DNA from: Octopus bimaculoides
Lineage: Eukaryota
Direction of reading: 5' to 3'
Assembly: GCF_001194135.2 (NCBI RefSeq)
Contig: NC_068990.1
Location: forward strand, 1,115,906-1,179,905
Length of the DNA stretch: 64,000 bases
The position numbers and the translations under genes were made by a program. This document shows positions 12,219-24,374 of the stretch, one piece after another (position 1 is the stretch's first letter; every line of letters begins with the position of its first letter). The notes under the pieces were generated by a model. It was given only the letters and a program-made list of their open reading frames with translations. It was not told where the DNA came from and ran no database searches.

Positions 12219-13665
12219 ATGCCCCTGGGAGTTCCTCTATGCTGATGACCTTGCCCTTATAGCTGAGTCACTATCAGAACTAGAGAAGTTTCAGGTGTGG
12301 ATACAAAGTCTAGAATTGAAGGGCCTTAGAGTGAATTTAGCAAAAACCAAAGTCTTAATAAGTAAGAAGGCAGACAAACCACAAATCCCTTCAGGTAGAT
12401 AGCCCTGCTCAATCTGTAGAAAAGGCGTAGATAGAAACTCCACAAGATGTACCTGGTGTAATCTATGGACACATAAGAGGTGCAATAATATCAAAGAAAG
12501 GCTAACTGGGAAGATAGATTTTGTGTGTGGCAAATGCACAATGACAATAAACACTGAAAATGTGCAGAAAACAACTTCTGTCACATGCCAGGGGAAAAAA
12601 AAACTAGAAGTATTTGATAGCTTCCATTACCTAGGTGACCAAGTCAGTAGTGGGGGTGGATGCTCTGAGAGTGTAGCTGCTAGAATAAGAATGACCTGGG
12701 CAAAGTTCAGAGAGCTCCTACCTCTGCTGGTAACAAAAGGCCTCTCGCTCAGAGTGAAAGGTAGACTGTATGATGCATGTGTGCAAACAGTCAGGCTACA
12801 TGACAGTGAAACATGGGCTGTGATTGCTAAAGACATGAGTAAGCTTGCAAGAAATGAAGCTAGTATGCTCCGCTGGATGTGTAATGTCAGTGTACATACA
12901 CGACAGAGTATAAGTGCCCTGAGAGAAAAGTTGGACATAAGAAGCATCAGATGTGGTGTGCAAGAGAGACGACTGTGCTGGTATGGTCATGTGTTACATA
13001 TGGATGAGGACAGCTGTGGGAAGAAGTGTCACACCCTAACACTGGAGGGAACCTGTGGAAGAAGTAGGCCCAGGAAGACCTGGGAAGAGGTGGTGAAGCA
13101 CAACCATCGGACGTTGGGCCTCATAAAAGTAATAACAAATGACCGAGACTTTTGAAGATATGCTGTGAGTGAGAAGACCTGGCAAGCCAAGTGAGACCAT
13201 AACCGTGGCCTATACCAGTGTAGCATAACCGGCCCATTTAAGAGTACCCTCTAATCATTGGGCAATAAACTATACTTGAGAAGACCTGTTGAGTCAAGTG
13301 AAATCATTGTCATGGCCAATGCCAGTACCGCCTGACTGGCACCCATGCTGGTGGCATGTAAAGAGCAACATTTGAGCATGGTCATTGCCAGTGCTGCCTT
13401 ACTGGCTCCCATGCTAGTGGTACATAAAAAGCACCGAAAGTCGAACGTGCTTGATGCCAGTATTGCCTGACTGACCCTCATGCTGGTGGCATGTAAAAAG
13501 CACCAACTACACTCTCAGAGTGGTTGGCATTAGGAAGGGCATCCAGCTGTAGAAATCTTGCCAAATCAGATTGGAGCCTGGTGCAGCCTTCTGGCTTGCC
13601 AGTCTTCAGTTAAACCATCCAACCAATGCCAGCATGGAAAGCGGATGTTAAACAATGATGATGAT
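12219..13665 (+). mobile_element. 5'-truncated RTE LINE: RT C-half, PHD finger, thumb/C-terminus, 3' UTR with tandem ~62-bp units and (GAT)n tail
   Basis: CPWEFLYADDL (from 12220), GLRVNLAKTKV, C4HC3 finger at 12406-12537, FHYLGDQV, KGRLYDACV, LCWYGHVLHM, RPRKTWEEVV (ORF 12523-13155); tail ends gcatggaaagcggatgttaaacaatgatgatgat. Confidence 0.93.
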
Positions 13666-14559
13666 TAGGGTTTGCCTACTTTTGCACAGGAAAACTAGAT
13701 CTGGCAGATTCTGGGGGTAAAACCTTCATGGTTCAATGATAGGTAAGGCAGTTGCAGCAATGCATTGTGGATAGCAGAAAGCAAAACGAAGACATCTTGG
13801 TTATCCACTGCGTTGCTCTCCATGACTTGACCTTCCCACTGGATTGAAGCTGGTCACAGATGAATGAGTGAGGTTGATGGTGCACAACTCTTCTTCATTT
13901 TAAGCAAAGTCACCATGCAAGTTATCAATCATCCTTAAAGATGACTAAATCACCCTCATCATTACTGGTTTCTGATTGACAAACAAAACTAATGAAATAT
14001 CACTTTCCCATGAGAACCTCATGTGAACTTGCTTGAGGTTACTACAATTCCTGAGTTAAATTTAAAACATTTTAATGTAAGTAATAGCCAACCATACTTT
14101 TATCTTAAAAAATGTAATAACCCCAATGTGACTGCAGTCCAGTGTCTGACACCAGAAGAAGCAGAACATAATAAAGGCTATCAATGAACAGACATCTACA
14201 TTAGAGGTCTTACTTAATTTTACAGATTAAGTACTAAACAATTTTATCCATCTGTCTGCTTTCCATTTAAAGATATGATATACTTTGTCCAATATTTTGA
14301 AGAAAAGAAGAGGAAGGGGAAACTTTTTTTTTTTTCTTTTCAATTCTTACCATCACAAGAGATCAATTTTTCTATTGCTTTCTGAAATTAGAATATTAAA
14401 GATTCACTTTTAAGTATAGTTCTTCTTACCCTTTTTTTCTTTTCTCTTTTCTTTTTCTCTTTTTTTTTTTTGTCTCGTTTATCTTAAACGAGAAAACAAT
14501 ACTATCTCTAACTTCTGATACTCTCCACTCCATTAAATAGATAATATTTCTCATGTTGA

Positions 14560-15540
14560 ACCCAACACAAAATATCCTTTATTGAATATAGATTGTTACA
14601 TTGTTGTTGTTGTTGATGTTGCTTCGCTGTTATTGTTGTTGTTGTTGTTGTCGTAGCCACTGTTGTTGTTATTGTTGTTTTATGTTGATGTGTCTTCCAG
14701 TGCTAGAGGCTTTTGTTTCCTTATATGCTCTTTCTTTTCTTTCACTGTTTTGTTTCTTCCAATCATTCTTTTTCTTAATTTTTAAAAAATTCTTTCTTTC
14801 TTTCTGTCTGCTATTATTTATTTATTTATTTTCTTCCTTGTTATTTATATTTTTCCTTCTATTTTTCCATCTTCTTCTTAATTTCTTTCTCTCCTTTGTG
14901 TGTTTGTGTACTTTTTCTTCTTTTCCTCATTTCACTCTTTCTTTCTTTTTTCCTATCTGTCTTCCTTTTTCTTCTTCATTCCTTCTTTCTTTTTCTTTTT
15001 CCTGTCTTTCTTCTTTTTTTCATTCTTTCTTTCTTCCTTCCTTCCTTCCTTCCTTCCTTCCTTCTTTCCTTGCTTTTTTCTCTTTCCTATTTTTCAGCTT
15101 TTTCCATTTTTTTCCGTCTTTCTAGTTCTTTTTATTTATTCATTTCATTCTTCCTTTCATTCTTTCATCCTATCTTTCTTCCTTCCTTCTTTCTTTCCTT
15201 CTTCCTTTCATTCTTTCATCCTATCTTTCTTCCTTCCTTACTATTTCCTTTTCTTTCTCTCATTCTTTCCTTCTTACATTTCTTCCTCCTCCTCCCTTCC
15301 ATTTCTTTCTTTCTTTTTCATTCCTCCTTTCCTTTTTCCAACGTTTTTCTTTTTTATTTCATTTAACTTATTTTTTACCATAATCTAGTCTTTCTGTTTC
15401 TTTTCATTTATTAATTCCTTCCTTCCTTCCTTCCTTCCTTACTGTTTCATTTTGTAATTCTTTCTTTCTTCCTTCCTTTCCATCTCAACTTCTTTCTCTC
15501 CTCCTCCTCCTCCTCCTCCTCCCCTCCCCCTTCCTCTGTT
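14560..15540. repeat. Pyrimidine-rich low-complexity tract: (TTG)n, (TTTC)n, (TTCC)n, (TCC)n
   Basis: Direct inspection; source of the F/L/S-rich ORFs. Confidence 0.95.
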
Positions 15541-16149
15541 AATTCTTACCATTCTTCACACCATTCTCTTCCCTTCTATCCCCTTTTGTTCTCTGCCCCA
15601 AGAACATCAACTTAACGTTATCTCGACCAAAGAATCCACTATCTTTAAGGAACTATATTTTTAAAAAATAATTTTTAAATAATGCAAATCAATAACCAAT
15701 CAAAAATGTTGCAAAAAGACGTTCCTTATTTTTGGTACCTCAGTGACATTCAAGTACAAGAATATTATTTTGAATAAAGCTCACTTTCTCTTTGAGGAAT
15801 CATTGGGATTGAACTCCTGAAAAAGAAGATGCATCCACACATATATGTGTATGTATATGTGTGTGTGTGTGTGTGTATGTGTCCTCTATGTGTTAACATA
15901 GGTCTCCTAACAACAAAGTAAACTTCATTTAATCAAGCTACCCCTGGCCTGAAGAGTAGAGTGCGGTATCCTCTCGCTTGGATATTTACCTGATCTGAGA
16001 ATCTGCTCATTATGGAACATACGTAGCCTGGATTTTATCTGCCCCATTCCTTGACTCTTGGATTTTTATTTGCATACCTAGCAACTCTGGTTGCCAACTG
16101 TGAAATATAAAATAATTTTTTTTTAGCTTATTGTACTTCAATATTCTTT

Positions 16150-16585
16150 TATTACTTGTTTCAGTAATTTGACTGCAGCCATGCTGTAGCACCGCCTTTA
16201 GTCAAACAAATCAACCCGAGGACTTATTCTTTGTAAGCCTAGAACTTATTCTATCAGTCTCATTTGCTGAAATTTATAGATTTATCATATAATATTTTAT
16301 GACACACAACAGACTTGTTACACACGTAAACACACCAACATCAGCTGTCAAGTGATGGTGGGGGACAAAGACACACACACACACAAATATACATATGTAC
16401 ATATGAACTTGGAACCATGTGCCTGAGAAGCAAGCTTCTTACCACACAGCCACTGGAAAAATTCACAACCTTCCCCCTCAATAAACCACTATTGTTCCTG
16501 AAAGATTGCTTGAAGCTCACTTTCTTCCTACACTTTGATCCTTGGAGCTTATGTCTATCTGTCTGTCTATCTATCTATCTAGCTA

Positions 16586-16618
<33 letters not shown>

Positions 16619-16790
16619 GTGTATGATGAGTGTGTGTGTGTGTGTGTGTATACATACAAAAGGCTTCCTTTGGTTTCCAGCTACCAGATCCACCCAGAAG
16701 GCTTTTGTCAGCCTAAGGCTAAAGTGGAAGACACTTACGCAAGACACCATGCAATGAACTGGACCTCAAACCATATGGCTTGGAAGGAAA
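16150..16790 (-). mobile_element. SINE family A fragments
   Basis: Reverse-complemented tail (tacttgtttcagt..catgctgtagcaccgcctttagtc) and two head-like segments (~16405-16452, ~16655-16790). Confidence 0.7.
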
Positions 16791-17009
16791 TCATTAATCA
16801 AATTACTAATTAACCAATGAGTAATTACTTAATTAAAATCTAAAGCATGTGATTTATATGTGATGAAGATTAAGGTCATCTTTATGTTTTAGTCGTTAGT
16901 ATGATTATATAAGGCTATTGTTTCTTTAATATTAATTATGGGAGAAAAATCAAAGTATCACTCATGATGAAACATAACTAACATTCTTTTCAGTCTTGAT
17001 GAACTTAGT

Positions 17010-17245
17010 GAGGTGGTGAGGCGGCAGAATCATTAGCAGAAACTCTATGTTCTGAATTCAAATTCTGTTGAGGTTGACTTTGCTTTTCATCCTTCCAGGG
17101 TTGATAGAATAAGTACCAGCTGAGCACTGAGGGGTCGGTTTAATCAACTTATCCCCTCTCCCCATAATTGTACCAGTTGAATACTAGGGCCGGGGGTGTA
17201 ATCGTCTTACCCCCTCCCTCTTGTACATGAATTTGAAACCAATCT
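17010..17245 (+). mobile_element. SINE family B
   Basis: gaggcggcagaatcattagca..gaattcaaattc..gaggttgactttgcttttcatcc..gggttgatagaataagtaccag. Confidence 0.75.
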
Positions 17246-17954
17246 TAATAAATTTAGTTAATGATTTGATTTATGTTGGAAAATTCATTTGATTAAGATG
17301 AAAAAATATTGCTTATTTGACATTGTGTGCAACAAGTCTGTTGTGTGTCATAAAATATTATGTAATAAATCTATAAATTTCTAATTGACGTCTATTTTAA
17401 TAAGAGTGATTAATACTTATATTAATTACAAAGCAAATATTTACTATATCAAGAAGTTCAGTCCTATTAAAGTATTTATTGTTAAAACAGTGAATAATTG
17501 TATAATTGGACAAAAAAAGAAGACCTCTCTTACAAGTAAAAGGTCATTATCTTGTTTAGAACTTCCACAGCTTGAGGATGTGGGAAGGCTGAATGGGTCT
17601 CAAATTTGCTTTATAATCATGTGGTTCCTGGTTCGATCCAGCTGCATGGAATCTTGGACTAACATCTTTCATCAAAGCCTTGGGTTGATCTGAGCTTTGT
17701 TAGTGAAATTGGGATGACAGAAATAGTATAGATTGCTGCTGGAGGAATTCTACCTGTACTCTGAACAACTATTCTTGTCACTTTGCCTCAGTGTGTCATG
17801 CTGATTCCACCTATGAATCCATATCTGCAGAATATTCAGCCATTTATTGGCTTATTCACTAGGGGAGTTCAGTTGATCAAATAATACTATTCTTCACTGA
17901 AACCGACGTGAATCTATTTACAGTTTACTTCAATGACAATGCTGATCAGATTAA

Positions 17955-18260
17955 GTGGAGGAGCTTAGTAGAAGAAGAAAACTTAGGAAGACATGAGATG
18001 AAGTACTGAAGGCTGATCTCAAAATGCTGAACTTTATGAAGGAGCTGACAGAGGAGCGAGATATGTGGTGCGTTGCTATACTCAAGAAGACCCGTCCACC
18101 ACAACAGAATTGAGACCCTAAAACCAAGCTACCATGTAACAAGAACTAGTGATGGTGCCACATAAAAAGCACCCAGTACATTCTATAAAGTGATTTGTGT
18201 TAGGCAGGACATCAAGCTGTAGAAACCAAGCTGAAACAGCTGTAGAAACCAAGCCAAAAC
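17955..18260 (+). mobile_element. RTE LINE 3' end fragment
   Basis: RKT*DEVLKADLKMLNFMKELTEERDMWCVAILKKTRP, followed by the RTE tail (aaaaagcacccagtaca..gctgtagaaacc). Confidence 0.75.
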
Positions 18261-19604
18261 TGTCAAGTTGTTCAACCTCCTTTAGCAGAGAAAATCCTTC
18301 AGACATATGAGATTTAATTGAGAGTGGATAAAGAAAATTTCCATCAACATTTGTACTAATGGTATGATTTCATAGAAAGCTATTGATTTAAAAGATGCAA
18401 GCTGAATGGAACCTGAAGGGCAAGAGGTTTTGATGAGAGATTTGCATGTCAGACATGGTTGAAAGGTCTACTGATACTCAGGGCTACAACATTGCTTTCA
18501 CCAAATTTGAATGGATCTGACTCAACTGGAGCTATTCTTGAGCAAAGAGAGAGAGAGATAGAGAGAGAGGGAGAGAGAGAGAGAGAGAGACAAGGTGGTA
18601 GAGAACATCATTGTTAATTGCTGTCTCTATCAATTGATGTCTAAACTGGGATGAAATGGGTAAAACCTAATTTCAATAATCTCCTCTTTAACTGCATGGT
18701 GCATAAATGTATCAGGGAGAGATCCAGGTGGAATCCTCATAACTTTTTTTTTTAATTTTTGGAACTTTCAGAAAATTTTTGTGAATTTGCATTCAACACA
18801 CAAAAATTCATATGACTATGGAAAAACAAAAGAAAAAAAAAACAACAAAAAACCCAGCTATTAAGCTGTTATTTTTAGCACATCCCATGAGCACCTGATA
18901 TCCTCCTTGTGTCTTTGTCACTCCGGCATATTGATGCTGTTCAATATCTGTCTCCCCATAAACAGATTTAATGGATTATTAGAACAACAACCACTGAAAT
19001 GATATATTATTCTTTTTTGTAATTTTCTCTCATTTTATTGTATTCTACAATTCTGAAACATTTGTATCTCACATTAAAGAAAAAAATAAATCCTACCCCC
19101 TCTTCCCTCCTTCATTGTATTTTTCACAATGAAGGAAAAGCCAAACACTGCAAGTGGATGGGTGAGAAAAAAAAATTTGAATTTGTAAAGCAACATTTTC
19201 AGTTGTTTATTTAAACTTTCTCTGCTAACTCATCAAATACAAGTACTTGCAATAAATGGGTTTTGAGATTTAAATTTGCTAATTTTCCAAGATTTTAATT
19301 CTTGTGTATGGGGGAGCCCACCAAATTTAAAGTGCCCCGGCCCCCCCATGGTTTAAATCTGGTCCTGATGGTCACATATAGAGTACATTTGATCATAGGT
19401 TGCTTGATTGGGCCTTACCTAAGTTACCAGACAACAGCAATCTAATAATAATTCTGCTTGTTTCTCCGTTACTTAGCCCATCTGTAACACTTTCACATGA
19501 TTAGTTGAAGGGAAAAGAGGGAGAAAGAAAAGGAGAAAAAAGGGTAAGGTGAAGAATAAGAGAGAAAAGACAGAAAAAGAGGTAGACAGAAAGCACTAAT
19601 CAAT

Positions 19605-20080
19605 TAACTTATCGATTAAGCAAGCAGCAAATTAATTAATAAATTAAGCAAGCAAATAATTAACTAATTAATAAAGCAAAGAAGCAACTAATTAATTAAG
19701 CAAACAACAAACTAATTAACTAAGCAAGCAACTAATTAATTAACTAATTAAGCAAGTAATTAACTCATTAAGCAAGCAAGCAACTAGTAATTAACTAACT
19801 AATTATACAAGCAAACAACTAATTAATGAACTAATTAATTAAGACAGCAAGCAACTAGTTAATGAACTAATTAAGTAAGCAAGCAATTATTTAATTAACT
19901 AATTAATCAAAAAGCAAGCAAGCAACTAATTAATGAACTAATTAAGAACGCAAGCAACTAATTAATGAGCTAATTAATTAAGCTAGCAATTAACTAATTA
20001 ACTTGTTAATTAAACAAGCAAACAACTAATTATTTAACTAATTAAGCAAGCAAGCAAGCAAATAATTAATTAACTTTGTC
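19605..20080. repeat. Degenerate minisatellite of aactaattaat / taagcaagc modules
   Basis: ~475 bp built almost entirely of (gc)aactaattaa(t) and (aagc)n units. Confidence 0.9.
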
Positions 20081-20889
20081 TCACATCTTACTGCCCTAAA
20101 TAAAAATGGTATTCCTACAAAGATGTGATGGTCATGGTTGGAATGCTCTATGATCATATTCTGCTTGGCCAAGGCTGACTGGGACCTCAACTCTTGATGG
20201 ATAAAAAGCGAAGTTCACCAAAAGTATTTGAACTGAAGGTGTACAGAAAGAAAACTAAATTGTCTTTTTTGTAGTTATTCCTAATTATCATTACCCACTT
20301 TATTTGCAAAATAGCCAATTTCTGATCTTTCTGGTGTCTAAGAATGGATATTGATGTGTACGAGTCGCCGTGGTTTAAATCTGGTCCTGCCTGAGGCTAT
20401 GGGAGAAAATACTTGCAATAGGTTTAAACCTGAAATTGTGCAACTCTAAAATGGATTCCTTAACTGCATATGTGTGTATATATGTGTATATATGTGTATA
20501 TATATGTGTATATATGTGTATATATGTGTGTATATATGCTTGAAACTAAATTCATTAGACTTATGGGTTAAACAATGTCTATCTAAATAGTACCATAGCA
20601 AACAGAACCATCTGCTTGACTTTTCCAGATCAAAGATTAAGAAAGCCTCTATGACATCAAACAACTTGCTAAAAATAGCAGCTAAATCCGTTCCACTTCA
20701 AACCATACTGTCTTAAACAAAAGAAGGAGACACTGGACTATGCTTTTTGAGATATATATATATAACTTTATATAGTCACTGCTGGAATACCGTTGATCAT
20801 AAGTTTGCTTAATTAGGGCTGAACTTGAGCTAAACAACAACAAGGTATTGCTAAGAAAATAGAATTCTGACGTTGATGTTTCTTCTCAG

Positions 20890-20901
20890 ATCATCAGAAG
20901 A
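20890..20901 (+). other. Candidate 12-nt microexon (unverified)
   Basis: ttctgacgttgatgtttcttctcag|ATCATCAGAAGA|gtaagt: branch-like CTGAC about 19 nt upstream, pyrimidine tract, consensus donor, frame-preserving length. Confidence 0.25.
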
Positions 20902-21589
20902 GTAAGTAAGATCAATAAGACAGTTTGCTCAGGACTCGAACTTGTGCTTCACACTGTTTTTGACGAAAGCTTATCTATGATATAATACTCACTTCAGCTT
21001 ACTAATAATGGTAATATATCTGAGGAAAAAAGCCCCCCCCCCCCACCAAAAAAAAACAAAAACATATAAATATAAAAAATGAATTCAGAGTAAATTTTCC
21101 AAGTGTAACCCAGAAATGATAAGAAATTTGTAATGTAAGAAATATACAAAACTAACAGTCTGTATACATAAGTATTTTTCTTTGTCTCTTTTTTTATTTT
21201 TTATCAAAACTTCTATGTAAAAAAAAAAAGAAAGATCTTGTTATGATCATAATTAGCTTTTTTAACCTCTCAGTTTATTGTAGCAAAGTTTTAACCTATT
21301 ATATTAATGATAACATAACAACTTCTTCATTAAGTTTACTTTAAACAATGTTTATCTGAGAAAGTTGTTGAAGTACTAAAGAATTTTATCTTTTTTGATT
21401 TAGGAACATTTAAAGATTTCATATGTTTAGAAAGTATATTCATCTCAAAACTGACAGATTTAGCCACGAGGAGTTAGTTGTTTGATCAACTGGATTACTT
21501 GTCCATTGAATTAGCAAGTAAGTGACTGAAGATTCTACTGACATGTGTACTGTTACCATAATCTTCAGGTTAAAATGGAACTACATCAG

Positions 21590-21892
21590 TTATGACAACG
21601 AGTATTCCAGTTGGTCTGGTCAATGGAACAACCTGCTCATGAAAGGAAAGTGCAAGTGGGCAAGCAACCCACTGATGGGCATACTCTTAACATAGTTCTC
21701 AGGGTAATTCAGCATGACACAGAATGTGATAAGGCTGGCCCCTTGAATTACAGGTACAACTCATTTTTGCCCACTGTGTGGGCTGGCGCAATGTGAGATA
21801 AAGTCTTGCTCAAGGACACAATGCGCCACCAAGAATCATATTCCTGCCCTTACAATCGTGAGCCGAACATCCTATCCACTAAGCCATGTACC

Positions 21893-21925
<33 letters not shown>

Positions 21926-22205
21926 GTATTCTTCAGTTATGGTACCAAGTGTTCCAGTTGATCGGATCAACAAAATAGCTTGCTCATGAAATTAATGTGC
22001 AAATGGCTAAGCACTCCACAGACATGAATACCCTTAACGTAATTCTCAGATTCAGCATGACATAAAAACAGACAAGACTGGTTCTTTGTAATACAGGTAC
22101 AACTCATTTTTGCCCACTGAGTAGGCTGGAGCAACATGAAATAAAGTGGTTTTCTCAAAGACACAATGTGTCACCAGCAGTTGAACTCAGAACCTTACGG
22201 CCATA
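21590..22205 (-). mobile_element. Two tandem SINE family C copies (~21590-21897 and ~21945-22205)
   Basis: Both show ttccagttg.tc.g.tcaa..tgctcatgaa..gtgcaa.tgg..attcagcatgaca..caggtacaactcatttttgcc, then the reverse-complemented CORE/tRNA head. Confidence 0.85.
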
Positions 22206-22367
22206 ACCTTCATCAGGTAGAATCAACGTGACACAGTAAACGAGAGGGCTGTACCTCTGAATCACAGATATAATCAGTCCAATGGGCATTTCACATTTTC
22301 TGTCAATCCAGTTTCACTCATAAAACTTGGCTTGATCTGAGGCAATGGTAATTGACGCTTGTATCAA

Positions 22368-22660
22368 GGCAGCAAGCTGGCAGAAACGTTAGCACGGGGT
22401 CGACTTAGCCTTTCATCCTTTCGGAGTCGATTAAATAAGCACCAGTTACACACTGGGGTCGATACGATCGACTTAATCCTTTTGTCTGTCCTTGTTTGTC
22501 CCTTCTGTGTTTAGCCCCTTGTGGGCAATAAAGAAATAAGAAACGTTAGCATGCCTGGTGAAATGCTTAGTGGTATTTTGTCTGTCTTTACATTCTGAGT
22601 TCAAATTCTACCGAGGTCAACTTTGCCTTTCATCCTTTTGGCCTTGTGCCTAGAGTAGAG
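22368..22660 (+). mobile_element. SINE B containing a 5'-truncated younger SINE B (22395-22538) with a 13-bp TSD
   Basis: agaaacgttagca at 22382-22394 and 22539-22551 flanks the insert; the host SINE resumes (tgcctggtgaaatgcttagtgg..). Confidence 0.8.
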
Positions 22661-22775
22661 AAGAATAGACACTTGTGTCAGATGTAATATGCTGGGATTG
22701 AAACAAAGACCTTGTGCTTGCAAAGCAAATGCCTTAATCATTCAGCTATGTTCTGCCCACATACTTAGTTATACT

Positions 22776-23100
22776 AGTCATTTTTTGCCAGTGAGTGGAC
22801 TAGAGAAAAATGAAATAAAGTGTCTTGATCAAGGACACAACATGCCACTGGGAATCGAACTCATAACCTTATGATTGCCAACTGAATACCCTAACCACTA
22901 AGCCACACAGAAATGTGTAGTACCAATAATTCAGAGGGCCAGCCATGTCACATTGTGTATCATGCTGAATTTCCTTGAGAACTGTTAAGGGTATGAGTCT
23001 CTGTGAAGTACTCAGCCACTTGCACATTAATTTCACAGGCAAGAGCTGTTCTGTTGATCGCATTAACTGGAACTCTTGTTATTGTAACCGATGGAGCGTC
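22776..23100. mobile_element. SINE family C with its 5' head inverted relative to its body
   Basis: 22776-22907 is the head/CORE on the minus strand; 22912-23100 is the body on the plus strand, resuming where the inverted part ends. Confidence 0.7.
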
Positions 23101-24374
23101 AGTTTTTTAATTTTTTTTTTTACATATTTAGGAAGATGATATGAAAATGTAAGCGAGAAAATGTATGAGAATATTAAGATATTTTCTGTACAATTTTATA
23201 CATCGACATTATACGTAGCACCGAATTCAAATTTGTTAAAAATCAAAGAGAAAAAGAAATTGGTATGTGACATATAATTTAAAGCAAGCTGGCTAGAAAT
23301 TTCGACACACTAAATCAAAAGATTCTATTTTGATTTCCACCACCTATGGCTATTTCTCATTACTTGCATCACTAATGTTTCATGAAATTGAGAAGCATGA
23401 TTATGTCTTTTGCATGGTCTTTGAAACGTGAGAAGACTTTACTTGAAAAAATATTGGAATTTAATCAATGGAATTCTATAGATAAAGGTTTTTGGGTGAT
23501 ATTTTCCTATAGAATTGTAATTATCTCTTTAGTTCTGTGATGGTTTGAGGTTCTTGTTAAATCTTTATAACTTTGACTGCTTAAATGCTGATGATACTCA
23601 ACTAAGTTGAAAGCAAAATAATCCTGTTGTCAGAGCTGTGTACTCTCCACACACACACATCTCTCTCTCTCTCTCTCTTTCCTCCTCCTCCTCCTGCTCT
23701 CTCTCTCTCTCTCTCTCTCTCTTGTAATTTCATTATCTAAGTTTAATTAACTCATTTATCAAGTGATATACTATAGAGTTATTGCTATGTGTGTTGCAAA
23801 CTTTGGGAAATAAGAACTTCCTTATCTGTAAAAGCTAAGCTAATAATTTTTCTGAATAACAGGGTTCTCTCTCCTCTTTCTGGTTTCAATACTTTTACTG
23901 TAGATGTGGAATAAATCTTCTCGTGTCTCACATAGATAGGATGTTGGGTTATTAAAGTTATCTTTCCTTATTTGAAAAATCAAGCAAAATAGTTGTCAAT
24001 TCTACGTTGTTGTAGTTGGCGTTGTTGATTACAGTCGAGTATTAAACTACACCAAGGCTTCTGCTCTGTTTTAACATCTAATAGTGAATCTGTGCAACAT
24101 TATTATATCACAATATGTTGTGTGTAGTTCTGTTTTCTGTGACAAAAGTACATGCATACCTCACAGACATACAAAACGACTAACCTTATGTGTGCTCAGC
24201 TAAGAGGGAATAGGGCATCTATTTATCAATATTGACCATGCTTAGAGAGAATAGGGCTTCTATTGGGTAAGGTTGATAGTGCATCTGTACATACATGCAC
24301 TGAAGTGGGAAAAATTTGTATTTTGGAAGACTGGTAGTTAGCTACATATTCAAGTCTTCCCTGTCTATGCCACT

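Noticed and set aside
13306-13510. Tandem ~62-bp repeats as a CRISPR-like array (also 43795, 49257)
   Set aside because: No unique spacers, eukaryotic context, and part of the RTE 3' UTR.
15990-16097. Minus-strand 108-nt segment with strong acceptor and donor
   Set aside because: Stops in all three phases. It could be a non-coding or terminal exon, but the sequence alone gives no support.
19350-20390. Two copies of ggtttaaatctggtcctg (~19351 and ~20372) resembling hAT MITE right ends
   Set aside because: No convincing left TIR or TSD found, so no element is delimited.
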